Shown: in pieces, positions 1 to 12,579 of the stretch
Layout of the letters: the number at the start of each line of letters is the position of its first letter
Numbering within the stretch: position 1 is the first letter of the stretch
Assembly: GCA_002269645.1 (NCBI GenBank)
Contig: NIVC01002492.1
Location: forward strand, 62,001-126,000
Source of the DNA: Macrostomum lignano
Taxonomy: Eukaryota
Direction of reading: 5' to 3'
Length of the DNA: 64,000 nucleotides
The notes under the pieces: model-generated
What the model saw: only the letters and a program-made list of their open reading frames with translations
What the model was told of the DNA's origin: nothing
Database searches by the model: none
Made by a program: the position numbers and the translations under genes

Positions 1-955
1 TCCTGGCCCTGGCACTAGCTTGGCTATAGCCCTAGCCTAGCCCTACCCTAGCAATAGCCCCAGCTTAGCCCTAGCTTGAGCTCAAGCCCTAGCCTAGCCC
101 CAGCTCAAGCTCTAGCCACACCACAGCCCCAACAGCCAGTTATTGTGGTAGCTCAAGCACCAGCCCAGCCCAGCCCTAGCCCTAGCCTACTCTATCCTAG
201 CCCCAGCCCTATCCCACTCTATCCCAACCCCTACTCTAGCCCTAACCCTAGCCCCAGCCCTTAGCTCCTCCCCTAGCCCTGGTCTTAGCCCTAGTGCTTG
301 CTATCCCTGCCCCAGCTCTGGCCCTATCACTATCCTAGCTACAGCCCCTAGGCCTAGCCCCAACCCTATGCCCTAGCCCTAGCCCCAGCCCTAGCCCCTG
401 CCCTAGCCCTAGCCCTAGCCCCAGCGCCAGCCCTACCCACCCCTAGCCCGGCCCTTGCCCCTGCCCTAGCCCTATCCCCTGCCCTTGCCCCTGCCCTAGC
501 CCTAGCCCTAGCCCCTGCCCCTGCCCTAGCCCTAGCCCTAGCCCCAGCCCTAGCCCTACCCCACCCCAGCGCCAGCCCTACCCCATCTCAGCGCCAGCCC
601 TACCCCATCCCAGCCCCTGCTCTAGCCCCAGCCCTACCCCACCCTAGCCCCAGCCCTACCCCACCCTAGCCCCAGCCCTACACCATCTCAGCCCCAGCCC
701 TACCCCACTCCAGCCCTAGCCCTACCCCACCCCAGCCCCAGCCCTAACCCATCTCAGCGCCAGCCCTACCCCGCCCCAGCCCCAGCCCTACCCCACCCCA
801 GCGCCAGCCGCCAGCCCTACCCCATCTCAGCGCCAGCCCTACCCCATCCCAGCCCCTGCTCTAGCCCCTGCCCTAGCCCCAACCCTAGCTCCTGCCCTAG
901 CCTTGGCACTAGACCCCCCAGCACTGGCCCTTTCACTATCCTAGCCCCAACCCCA
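1..955 (+). repeat. Degenerate (CCCTAG/CCCCAG/CCCTG)n telomere-like microsatellite; mirror at about 8495-9540
   Basis: Runs such as gccctagccctagccctagccc. The opposite strand is (GGGCTA)n. The SP/AP-rich ORFs here are by-products of the repeat. Confidence 0.9.
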
Positions 956-1074
956 GCAGAATTCTACTTCTTTGACTCCTGCACACCTGCACCCCTACAC
1001 TCCCTGCACCCCGTGCACTCCACATGTACTGTTTGTATTTTTATTAATGCTTTTTAATTGTTGCTTTAATCATT

Positions 1075-2040
1075 AATTCCTCCCAGGCAGTCCTTCTAGG
1101 CTATCTTTCCTAGGCAGCTTTCCCAGGCAAACTCTCCTAGTCAAACCCATCAAGACAGCCTTCCCAGGCTACCCCTCCCAGGCAGCCCTCCCAGACAGCC
1201 CCTCTAGGCTACCCCTCCTGCTCTACCCCTCCCAGGCAGCATTCCCAGGCTATCCTTCCGATTCAACCTCTCCTAGGCTGCTACCCTTGCCAGACAGCCC
1301 TACTAGGCTACACCCTCCTATTTAACCCCTCAGGCTTCCTCCTTTTCTACCCCTCCCAGGCTACCCTTCCCAGGCTACCCTTCCCAGGCTACCCTTCCCA
1401 GGCTAGCCTTCCCAGGCTACCCTTCCCAGGCTACCCTTCCCAGGCTACCCTTCCCAGGCTACCCTTCCCAGGCTACCCTTCCTAGGCTACCCCTCCCAGG
1501 CTACCCTTCCCTGGCTACCCTTCCCAGGCTACCCTTCCCAGGCTACCCTTCCCAGGCTACCCATCCCAGGCTACCCTTCCCAGGCTACCCTTCCCAGGCT
1601 ACCCTTCCCAGGCTACCCTTCCCAGGCTACCCTTCCTAGGCTACCCCTCCCAGGCTACCCTTCCCAGGCTACCCTTCCTAGGCTACCCCTCCCAGGCTAC
1701 CCTTCCCAGGCTACCTTTCCCAGGCTACCCTTCCAGGCCCTCTCTCAGGCAATCCTTCCTGGCTACCCTTCCCAGGCTACCCTTCCCAGGCGGCCCTCCC
1801 ATTCTACCCCTCCCAGGCTACCTTTCCTACTCTACCCCTCCCAGGCTACCCTTCCCAGGCAGCCCTCCCAGGATACCTTTCCTACTCTACCCCTCCCAGG
1901 CAGCCCTTCCAGTCTACCCCTCCCAGGCAGCCCTTCCAGTCTACCCCTCCCAGGCAGCCCTTCCAGGCTACTCCTTCCAGTCTACCCCTCCTAGGCAGCC
2001 CTTCCAGGCTACCCCTTTCATGGCAACCACTTCCAGGCTA
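1075..2040 (+). repeat. 14-bp minisatellite (ggctacccttccca)n; mirror at about 7400-8370
   Basis: Near-perfect tandem units at about 1355-1800 with degenerate flanks. Confidence 0.92.
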
Positions 2041-2303
2041 TCTCCCACTTTGCCCCTGCTTACTGTCTCCATTATGTTCGAAATTGAGAAGATTGCTTCG
2101 CTTCGGTATTATTTAAAAATATAATGCATCATTTTTTACTTCAGACGCTTCACTCTCATCATTTCAGGTGCGTACATGCGAGCCAGCTAATGCTGACGCC
2201 GAACTTTGTATTCGGCTTTCCAACGGGGAACTGTGCGTTTATGAAAGCCAATAGGGATTTGGGATGCCAGAAAAGAAATTCTATTTTGCTAGGATCCGAT
2301 AAA

Positions 2304-2480
2304 TGCTGCCGCTTCGGCTGCAGTGACCGCCGGCTCAAGCGGAGGACGATCGCAGGACTGCTTGCTGCCTGCCGCTTCGGCTGCAGTGACCGCCGGCTCA
2401 AGCGGAGGACGATCGCAGGACTGCTTGCTGCCTGCCGCTTCGGCTGCAGTGACCACTGGCTCAAGCGGAGGACGATCGCT
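2304..2480 (+). repeat. 63-bp CpG-rich tandem unit (about 3 copies; about 2 in the right arm at 7021-7135)
   Basis: The unit gccgcttcggctgcagtgaccgccggctcaagcggaggacgatcgcaggactgcttgctgcct appears as a 21-aa repeat in ORFs 2124..2519 and 6949..7317. Confidence 0.92.
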
Positions 2481-4429
2481 GCTCCGCGTGCTATCATCTA
2501 CGAGTGCTGCGAGTGCTAAGGGCGAACGAAGGACTAATGAAGGAGCATATTATCCGATTTCCTTCAGAGGAGATCTTTGCCAGTTATTTATCTTCGCGTC
2601 GAATTAGCAGTGAGTAAAAAATACGAGTATTATGTGCTGCCGCTTATGCACTCTACAATATCATCAGCAGAATACGTAAAATGAGGTCGTTTGAAACAAA
2701 AGAGTACGTAGATTTTCTGCATGTATTTAGCTTCTTCCTAGTGAAATCAGTGAATTGTTTTGGTCGCGGACATAACCTATTCAGCTTCTCCGCTCATAGT
2801 CACTCCAGCATCAAGTGCTAACAATGCAGATTAGCTATGAACTGTATTGGAATGCTTTGCACCATGCATTTGCATTTTAAATACAAGGAATTTTTCTCTC
2901 ATTCTTGGCAGGTGTCGAGATGAGACAAAGCAATGTGCATTATGCTGCTGCCGATGCACAGGACGCAAGAGTGCACGCAGGATCCTCGTGAGGTGAAAGA
3001 AGACGACAGTGACGACTACGGCATGGATGACTATTCAGCCACATTAGACAGAAATTAGTTGTTAGCCGTATAAATATGTTTGGTCACACTTCTCTGTGCC
3101 CGTGGCGTATGCAACATTTAATCCATGACCTCTTTGCAATATTGCACTACCATCAAACGCTGACGCTCTCTCTGTCGCTCTGTAATGCTGTGATCAGTTT
3201 TTTTGTCCCCCCCCCCTGTCGAGCTTTGCTAACCAAACTGAGAGAACTACTCGTATGCAGCGCATTTTTTGACAAGCGTTGGCTATTGATATTTTTTCAT
3301 TTTCTTTTGTCAATGTACAGTTTTACGAGTATATACTTAACTGTATATTATAAACATGTGACTTTGAAATAAAACAGACTGCACTGCTTTTACCTATGCT
3401 TTTTACGATAATTCACTCTGTCCTGTCCTGAAACATTCCTGTTTTATCGAATTCTCTTTTGATGACACAAATATGATCATACGACGGTCACAAAGAATAG
3501 TGGGAGGTAGAGCCATAGTCGAGAGGTATAAAGTATGTGATTTTACGACAAATATATGGGAAGGAGTCTCAATAGTTTATCTGCCCCTCTTGGCCTCCCC
3601 TTCTCCTTCTCGCCCTCTGTCTCTGCAGCACCTGTTGGTTAAAAATGAGAGGAAAGCTCGGCGAGAAAAGCCTCTGTGTAAAAGTCTCGTGCTCCCATAG
3701 CCTGACATCCAGTCACTTTCTAAATAGCCATATGACTTTCCTGGTACATGGACATTTACATTTGTAAGTTGTTTCGATCCGATTGAGACAAATGATCTAT
3801 AATTAGTATAGGTGGATATTAGTAGAAAAAAATTCAGTCAGTCTTATCGTGTACGAGCAATGGCGGATCTAGAATTTCTTTTTGGGAGGGGCGGTCCAAG
3901 TTTGAGAGGCCAACATGAGTATGAGGGGCACCAATTATGACGGGGCGCAAAAATGCTGGTACTGCTGAAGATAAATTGACCGGGAAACACGGATTGCATG
4001 TTATTAATTTCTTAAATACGTATTTGAATTGAGAAGCACAATATCGGGGAGAAGTTTTGCCTTCTCACTGCTTGGCAAGTGCACATGCACTATCTACATG
4101 TACATGTAGTTATTGCGCAGATTTGAGAGTTGTTTACAGTGGTAGAGGGTTACTTGACTTGGCTGCAGGGGTTCCGGGCATCCGGATGCAGCGAGGAGGC
4201 GTTGCCTCTTTAACTTCACAACTACAACTTCAAGCTTCGCCACCAGATCACTCGCCATCCGCATGTTGTCAGCATGATGTCACCGATGAATTGAAGAGAA
4301 TGTCAGTTTTGACGAGCTAACATATAAGTTTTATCCGTTGCTCGAATTTCTACCGAGGAAAAAGCCTCTATTTACTACATTAGTGGTTGTGTTCACACAA
4401 ATAAAATTTGTCCGATCGTACGTCAAACC

Positions 4430-4740
4430 ATTGAAACAAACTTGCCTGGTCATACTTCCACTTCCACTGAGAATTCACTACTATAGAGAGTTCTTTGCAG
4501 CTGCTTCTGTCATGCCCATTCTCTTGATTCTGGGCAGCGTTACGCTAACAGTTCTCTGCTTGCGTTTGAGAAGATCCTTGAAAAAAAATTCTACGCTTAA
4601 CTGCATGGACCCATGCAGATCTGCTGCGTCGAGTGTCTCGAAGGCTGGCCAACTTCATCTACATGTATAAAGGCATGGTGAGATTCCGAGACATCCAGGC
4701 AATCAACCCCCGTTTGCTCTCACCGACTTCGCAAACTGAA
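4430..4740 (+). pseudogene. Possible decayed non-LTR (RTE-like) reverse transcriptase C-terminal fragment
   Basis: Joining frames gives ...ASVMPILLILGSVTLTV...LRRSLKKILRLTAWTHADLLRRV. This loosely resembles the RTE/L2 motif xVLPxLLYGSETW...LRKILxIxWxD. Similarity is from memory only. Confidence 0.25.
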
Positions 4741-7005
4741 GCCTTAGCAGCTTAGCTGAATGTTTCTTTCAAACACCTGGGCGATGCTATAACTTTGTTA
4801 TAGCCATCTATGTTTGCCTTTTACAGTTATATACGGAGTTTTCCGATAGTAGCATATCGTACTTTTCAATTGTATTGTACTTTTTGTACTGACTATGTAC
4901 TGTATTTGTACTGTACTGTTTTGTACTGTATTTATTATTTGTATATAATTCTCACCGCCAGTAAGCTGTGGTAGATTTAGACTGCCATTATCTGCCCCTA
5001 AATCAGTTATGCCAGCCTCGTGTGAGCTAGCGGCCTGAGTGTCAAGACACCTAACGGCTCTTGACTACTAGTCGGATGTCCACTACAGAAAAATTACCCG
5101 ACTAGTCAAGTGGATCCACAGGCAGCCGTGGAGTGGATTGAGCTGGACTACAGAACAGTATGGCTCGGAAATAAGTGCATTTTGGCATAAATCCAGTAGT
5201 GGAATAAAGGAAACTCCAGCATTGGAGCCTTGCAGACTCCAATACTAGATTGATGGTCGATTTTAGCGTGCATGCAGTTTGGTGCGAAACTGCTCAGCGG
5301 CTTGCGTAGTTTTGATTAGTTGCAAGTTTCAGGACAGCCGGTTTACTTGCAGAATCTTTACCGGCAGCAGGTTGATCAGGTGTAAAATTAGTTTCGCCAA
5401 AACCGCGAAACTCCAGTACTGGCTGATACGAGTATAAATCCAGAATTGGAGCATAAGAAAACTCCAGCATTGGAGCGAGTACTGGAACTGATATAACTGC
5501 AGCATTGGAGCCTTGCAGACTCCAACACTAGATTGATAGTCGATTTTAGCGTGCAGTTTAGTGCGACAATGCGACAATTTTATGCTCCAATGCTGGAGTT
5601 ATATATCGTCCAGTACGGAGTTTCGGCACCGGAAAAGTGCAAAAACCTCTACTGGACGACCTTCTGGCAGTCTGAGACCGGTGCCAATTGACTCAGGGGG
5701 GGGGGGCGAAATCTATCAGAAAATGTCGGTCGCATAGGCGCGAAAGCCACTCGGAAAATGTCAAAAATTTGTATCCCCCCCCGGCCTAGGTGCACTTGTC
5801 AAATTTACACCTGATCAACCTGCTGCCTGCAGGCATGCATGGCTGCTTCTCTCGCCACCGCTTCCTTCAGGGCCAGGTACTTAAGGAGCGGTGCGCGGTG
5901 TCCCAAGCTCTTCTGCCGCTCAGCAGGCAGTAAAAACGCAGAACAATTTTACATTTATCTGCCACTACCTGGTCTTCACCACTCACTCACCCCGGGCCAA
6001 ACCCTCCGACGCTTGCAGGCCCGAGAGCATATGCTCACCCGGTACCTCAGCTGAGTTTTCCCCACCGCCGGTGAGGAGAACCATGCTGCAAGCGAGACTG
6101 ACAGCCCCCTGAGCGACATCATTTCGATGGAAGTCATTCATGGTCGCCACGCCAGAGGCTAGCGGAATGGGCGATCTCCTCCGCCTCCTGATCGCTGCAT
6201 CCGCCGGATATGATGCCCTCTGCAGCTAAGTTAAACATACTCGTGTGCATACTGGCACTAATCCATGATTGAACATACATGTAGGTGAAATACTTGCGTC
6301 AGTGTCAATACGCTCTTGTTCCAAAATGCTTGAGCTCTTGTGCTAATCTCCATTCTAGCCGTGCTTGCTTTTGCTAGTGCAAGTGCTAGTGCTAGTGTTC
6401 ATGCAACCCAATTTTAGTGCTATTTTTAAACCTAGCCTACTCGAGGTAGCAAATTAGCCAGACTATGTGGATAGTTTGCCATTAGCTAAGGATAGTTTAA
6501 CATTTTGAGCAGAATGAGAGACTTTTCAGGCCACCGCGATCCAAAATTCAAACTCTGCGACTTGCGGTCTGGTCAATTCTTTTGCGGGAGCGAAATTTCT
6601 GAAATAAAGTGAAAAATACTTGGACGATTGCGAACACTTCAAAATCTGCGCGAAAATGCGTGGCGCAACAGCCAAATTACTGGGGTGACATCGATCGAGC
6701 AAAATGCATTTTTATTTGTTATTCGGACAAAAAATTACAGCTCTCAATAAACGCAAAGGTAATGTGCCGCTTGGATAGAATAACTTTATGCAGCTACGCA
6801 AAAACAACTGAAGTAATGCGCGCAACATAGAGCTGCCCGCAAAAACTTCAGCTACACAGCAACTACAAACCGCTGGTACAGGACTGCGCATCGCCAGGGT
6901 GTGAGTCACACAAACACGCATCACTTCAGACAATCGTTCAGGTCATAACTAGTTTATTAAATAACCCTCACTTTGCCACTGTTCGTTAAGGTCGTCGCGG
7001 AACCG

Positions 7006-9448
7006 GATGACAGCACGCGGAGCAGCGATCGTCCTCCGCTTGAGCCAGTGGTCACTGCAGCCGAAGCGGCAGGCAGCAAGCAGTCCTGCGATCGTCCTCC
7101 GCTTGAGCCGGCGGTCACTGCAGCCGAAGCGGCAGCATTTATCGGATCCTAGCAAAATAGAATTTCTTTTCTGGCATCCCAAATCCCTATTGGCTTTCAT
7201 AAACGCACAGTTCCCCGTTGGAAAGCCGAATACAAAGTTCGGCGTCAGCATTAGCTGGCTCGCATGTACGCACCATAAATGATGAGAGTGAAGCGTCTGA
7301 AGTAAAAAATGATGCATTATATTTTTAAATAATACCGAAGCGAAGCAATCTTCTCAATTTCGAACATAATGGAGACAGTAAGCAGGGGCAAAGTGGGAGA
7401 TAGCCTGGAAGTGGTTGCCATGAAAGGGGTAGCCTGGAAGGGCTGCCTAGGAGGGGTAGACTGGAAGGAGTAGCCTGGAAGGGCTGCCTGGGAGGGGTAG
7501 ACTGGAAGGGCTGCCTGGGAGGGGTAGACTGGAAGGGCTGCCTGGGAGGGGTAGAGTAGGAAAGGTATCCTGGGAGGGCTGCCTGGGAAGGGTAGCCTGG
7601 GAGGGGTAGAGTAGGAAAGGTAGCCTGGGAGGGGTAGAATGGGAGGGCCGCCTGGGAAGGGTAGCCTGGGAAGGGTAGCCAGGAAGGATTGCCTGAGAGA
7701 GGGCCTGGGAAGGGTAGCCTGGGAAAGGTAGCCTGGGAAGGGTAGCCTGGGAGGGGTAGCCTAGGAAGGGTAGCCTGGGAAGGGTAGCCTGGGAGGGGTA
7801 GCCTAGGAAGGGTAGCCTGGGAAGGGTAGCCTGGGAAGGGTAGCCTGGGAAGGGTAGCCTGGGAAGGGTAGCCTGGGATGGGTAGCCTGGGAAGGGTAGC
7901 CTGGGAAGGGTAGCCTGGGAAGGGTAGCCTGGGAAGGGTAGCCTGGGAGGGGTAGCCTAGGAAGGGTAGCCTGGGAAGGGTAGCCTGGGAAGGGTAGCCT
8001 GGGAAGGGTAGCCTGGGAAGGGTAGCCTGGGAAGGCTAGCCTGGGAAGGGTAGCCTGGGAAGGGTAGCCTGGGAAGGGTAGCCTGGGAGGGGTAGAAAAG
8101 GAGGAAGCCTGAGGGGTTAAATAGGAGGGTGTAGCCTAGTAGGGCTGTCTGGCAAGGGTAGCAGCCTAGGAGAGGTTGAATCGGAAGGATAGCCTGGGAA
8201 TGCTGCCTGGGAGGGGTAGAGTAGGAGGGGTAGCCTAGAGGGGCTGTCTGGGAGGGCTGCCTGGGAGGGGTAGCCTGGGAAGGCTGTCTTGATGGGTTTG
8301 ACTAGGAGAGTTTGCCTGGGAAAGCTGCCTAGGAAAGATAGCCTAGAAGGACTGCCTGGGAGGAATTAATGATTAAAGCAACAATTAAAAAGCATTAATA
8401 AAAATACAAACAGTACATGTGGAGTGCACGGGGTGCAGGGAGTGTAGGGGTGCAGGTGTGCAGGAGTCAAAGAAGTAGAATTCTGCTGGGGTTGGGGCTA
8501 GGATAGTGAAAGGGCCAGTGCTGGGGGGTCTAGTGCCAAGGCTAGGGCAGGAGCTAGGGTTGGGGCTAGGGCAGGGGCTAGAGCAGGGGCTGGGATGGGG
8601 TAGGGCTGGCGCTGAGATGGGGTAGGGCTGGCGGCTGGCGCTGGGGTGGGGTAGGGCTGGGGCTGGGGCGGGGTAGGGCTGGCGCTGAGATGGGTTAGGG
8701 CTGGGGCTGGGGTGGGGTAGGGCTAGGGCTGGAGTGGGGTAGGGCTGGGGCTGAGATGGTGTAGGGCTGGGGCTAGGGTGGGGTAGGGCTGGGGCTAGGG
8801 TGGGGTAGGGCTGGGGCTAGAGCAGGGGCTGGGATGGGGTAGGGCTGGCGCTGAGATGGGGTAGGGCTGGCGCTGGGGTGGGGTAGGGCTAGGGCTGGGG
8901 CTAGGGCTAGGGCTAGGGCTAGGGCAGGGGCAGGGGCTAGGGCTAGGGCTAGGGCAGGGGCAAGGGCAGGGGATAGGGCTAGGGCAGGGGCAAGGGCCGG
9001 GGCTAGGGGTGGGTAGGGCTGGCGCTGGGGCTAGGGCTAGGGCTAGGGCAGGGGCTAGGGCTGGGGCTAGGGCTAGGGCATAGGGTTGGGGCTAGGCCTA
9101 GGGGCTGTAGCTAGGATAGTGATAGGGCCAGAGCTGGGGCAGGGATAGCAAGCACTAGGGCTAAGACCAGGGCTAGGGGAGGAGCTAAGGGCTGGGGCTA
9201 GGGTTAGGGCTAGAGTAGGGGTTGGGATAGAGTGGGATAGGGCTGGGGCTAGGATAGAGTAGGCTAGGGCTAGGGCTGGGCTGGGCTGGTGCTTGAGCTA
9301 CCACAATAACTGGCTGTTGGGGCTGTGGTGTGGCTAGAGCTTGAGCTGGGGCTAGGCTAGGGCTTGAGCTCAAGCTAGGGCTAAGCTGGGGCTATTGCTA
9401 GGGTAGGGCTAGGCTAGGGCTATAGCCAAGCTAGTGCCAGGGCCAGGA
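7006..9448 (-). repeat. Right arm of giant inverted repeat (probably extends beyond 9448)
   Basis: Reverse complement of 1-2498 with few differences, including one fewer 63-bp unit. The outer limit cannot be set because the partner sequence lies outside the window. Confidence 0.95.
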
Positions 9449-11494
9449 CTATTGTTAGAGTTTTGTCTAATGCTATGGCTATGGCTGCTAAAGTTAAGGC
9501 TGGGGCTAAGTAGATCTAGGGCTAGGGTCAGGACTAGGGATGGGGCTAGGCTTATGATATAGTTTTTAGAGATATAGGGCTGCAACTATATATAATAGCT
9601 TGTAGTTTCTATACATCCAAACATTTTTTTAATAATAGAAACTGTAGCTATAAAAGCCCAAATAAATTAACAGCCTATCCAGCTATGCTATTCCAATACT
9701 GTATCCAGCTATTATGTATGGTAGTATAGCTTTATACTACTACAGGGCTTTAGAATTTATTAATAGTATAGCTTTATAATTGTATACTCTATATATAGCT
9801 CTCTTTACATTAAAGCACTGGATTTAGAATGTTTTACAGTGGCACAGTGCTAGACATATGGTCTATTGCTAGCATGCTACTAATTAAATACTATATAGCC
9901 ATTGATATCTGATATTGACGATAGCTTCAATTTATAGAGTCAGTAGCTAGCTTGTTAATGTTGTGCTTTCTAATTGTTTTTTTTAGTTTTTACTAAGCTT
10001 GCTATGCAAAACAATTAAAAGAAGTTTTTTGGAAACATTTTGTATGCTTAGTATATAGTTCACTTCTACACAAAGTACAATCCAACTTCTATTTGCAATA
10101 TAATAGAATTTGCTATATAGCATGCCAGCGTGGGTTGGCAAACATTTTCGAAACAGAGTTTCGTAGAAATATACAATTCAAATTAGGAGAAAAAATTCGA
10201 TTTAAACTTCTGTCATTTTAAGCGAATATCAAGCAAATATGCGTTTCGCTTCTTTCTGCATTGGCTCTTATATATTTAATTCATTTAGGCAAAGATGATC
10301 TTTTTCCAGGCAACGTATACAAGAAAGATCAACAGAAGATCTTTTCCCAGGCTAGCCTAGAGATTTTTTGATCTTTTTCCCAGCCTAGCCTACTGCCGTC
10401 GGGTGGTTTTATACATCGTGTCGTGTTAAGCGTAGTTTGCAAAATCCAAACGTTTTTGCGTTGCTTCAAAATTATATTTTCAAAGAAATCAAGTAACTAT
10501 CACGAGTCACCAGTTTCGCAGTTTGGATAAATTTTATTTTTATTGTTGATGATCTTCTATTTGTAGGCTATTGCACCAGTTTTTAAGTATTTCCCTTATT
10601 TTACCAGTTGAAATCTCATATTGGTAGATTCAGATTTATTTACGGATAAATTATCTTTCGAAATCATCCCCCATCGGCATCAAGATTCAGCTCAGGCTTC
10701 TTGAAATTTACATGAATCAATGTGATATCATTATTTTAAGGCCATCGGCATCAGTATGTGCTTTTTATGCTCTCAATGAATTAATTAATGACAATTCAAT
10801 GGTTGGACAAATGCAATAGTGAAACAAAATTATTAAATTAATAATACCTACCTAACAGAATGCCAGCACTGTTAAATACTACTACTACTATTTTGCTTTT
10901 TAATGTTGTTGACAACTTCCTATATCCTAAAAATGAGTTGTTTGTAGCTATGCGATAGATTTCAGAAAAAACGGCTTAACCGATTTTCTTCAAACTTGCA
11001 CTATTTGATCAGAAATTTTCCTGGGACGGTACATGCATCTTGGCTAAGAAATTGCTCAATTTTAAAGGGATTAAATATTCGAAAAACATGCTTTTTTGCA
11101 AAGGTCAAGCAGCTCTTTAAACCTGAAATGCATTGCAAAAATGCAAGAGAAAAAACTGACTGACTGAATTTCAATTGTGATAAAGATTACATCACAATAA
11201 GATGAAAACAGTGTCAAAAAAATGCACACAAGACTTGATTGTAATTGCATAACCATATTGCTAACTTGAATTGAGACTGATACTGGCTGACTGAGAAATT
11301 GATTATGTCATAACTTTTTACTCTAACTGACTTGCTATAATAATTGAATTATAAGGGCCACAATTCATGTTCTCCAATTGAAAAGAGATAGCCTAGATGC
11401 GAACAGACTGGACTGCTAATGTAGCGACCTGGGTTCGAATCTTAGTAGTGCGAAATAGTTTTTTATTAAAACACTTTAAAACACAAAATGCTAA

Positions 11495-12520
11495 ACATAA
11501 AAGAAGCGCAATGTCAAATATAAAAGAGCCACCATGCCAAACATAAAAGTGCCACCATGTTGAACACAGAAGAGATACCATGTCAAATATAAAAGAGCCA
11601 CCATGTCAATCATAAAGGAGCCACCATGTTGAACATAAAAGAGCCACCATGTAAATCATAAAAGAGCCACCATTTCAAACATAAAAGAGCCACCATGTTG
11701 AACATTAAAGAGCCACCATGTCAAACATTAAAGAGCCACCATGTCAAACATATATATGACTCCATGTCGAACATTAAAGAGCCACCATGTCAAACATAAG
11801 AGCCAACATGTCAATCATAAAAAGCCACCATGTCAAACATAAAAGAGCTACCATGTTGAACATAAAAGAGCCACCATTTCAAACATAAAAGAGCCACCAT
11901 GTCAAACATAAAAAAGCCACCATTTCGAACATTAAAGAGCTACCATGTCAAACATAGAAGAGCCACCATGTCAAACATTAAAGAGCTACCATGTCAAACA
12001 TAGAAGAGCCACCATGTCAACATTAAAGAGCCACCATGTCAAACATAGAAGAGACGCCATGTAAAACATAGAAGAGACACCATGTCAAACATAGAAGAGC
12101 CACCATGTCAAACAACTAAGCCACCATGTCAAACATAACAGAGATACCATTTCAAATGTAAAAGGGCCGCCATGGCAAACATAGAAGAGCCACCATGTCA
12201 AACATTAAAGAGCTACCATGTCAAACATAAAAGAGCCACCATGTCAAACATTAAAGAGCTACCATGCCAAACATAGAAAAGCCACCATGTCAAACATTAA
12301 AGAGCTACCATGCCAAACATAGAAGAGCCACCATGTCAAACATTAAAGAGCTACCATGTCAAACATAGAAGAGCCACCACGTCAAACATTAAATAGCTAC
12401 CATGCCAAACATAGAAGAGCCACCACGTCAAACATTAAATAGCTACCATGTCAAACATTAAAGAGCCACCTTTTTAAACAAAAAAGAGACACCATTTCAA
12501 ACATAAAAGAAGCGTCATGC
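11495..12520 (+). repeat. 23-bp minisatellite (ataaaagagccaccatgtcaaac)n, about 44 copies
   Basis: Continuous tandem array with variant units (gagctacc, catagaag, cattaaag). Confidence 0.95.
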
Positions 12521-12579
12521 CAAACAAAATGGACCATTATAAAGCTAAGGAAATTGTTGCACTAGCTACTTGTTCTCTG

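Larger units (their letters stand above)
1..2498 (+). repeat. Left arm of giant inverted repeat (starts before the window)
   Basis: Base 1 (tcctggccctggcactagc) is the reverse complement of sequence ending at 9448. Identical ORFs occur at 76..264(+) and 9185..9373(-), and near-identical ORFs at 2124(+) and 7317(-). Similarity ends at ccgcgtgct(a/g)tcatc, about 2498/7006. Confidence 0.95.

Noticed and set aside
76-264. Ser/Pro-rich ORF and its mirror at 9185..9373
   Set aside because: It is a translation of the CCCTAG microsatellite, with no splice or homology support.
2124-2607. Overlapping ORFs with 21-aa repeats, and a possible exon after tttcag at about 2166 (VRTCEPANADAELCIRLSNGELCVYESQ)
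   Set aside because: The ORFs are open in several frames because of the GC-rich 63-bp unit. The acceptor is cag in the left arm but atg in the right arm, and no protein family is recognised.
5830-6240. GC-rich patch in the foldback spacer with short ORFs
   Set aside because: It could be exon fragments, but I found no consistent splice model or recognisable motif.
10950-11070. aaacggcttaaccgattttcttcaaacttg motif reminiscent of Helitron/Helentron-type non-autonomous elements
   Set aside because: A single short motif. I could not locate ends or a terminal hairpin.
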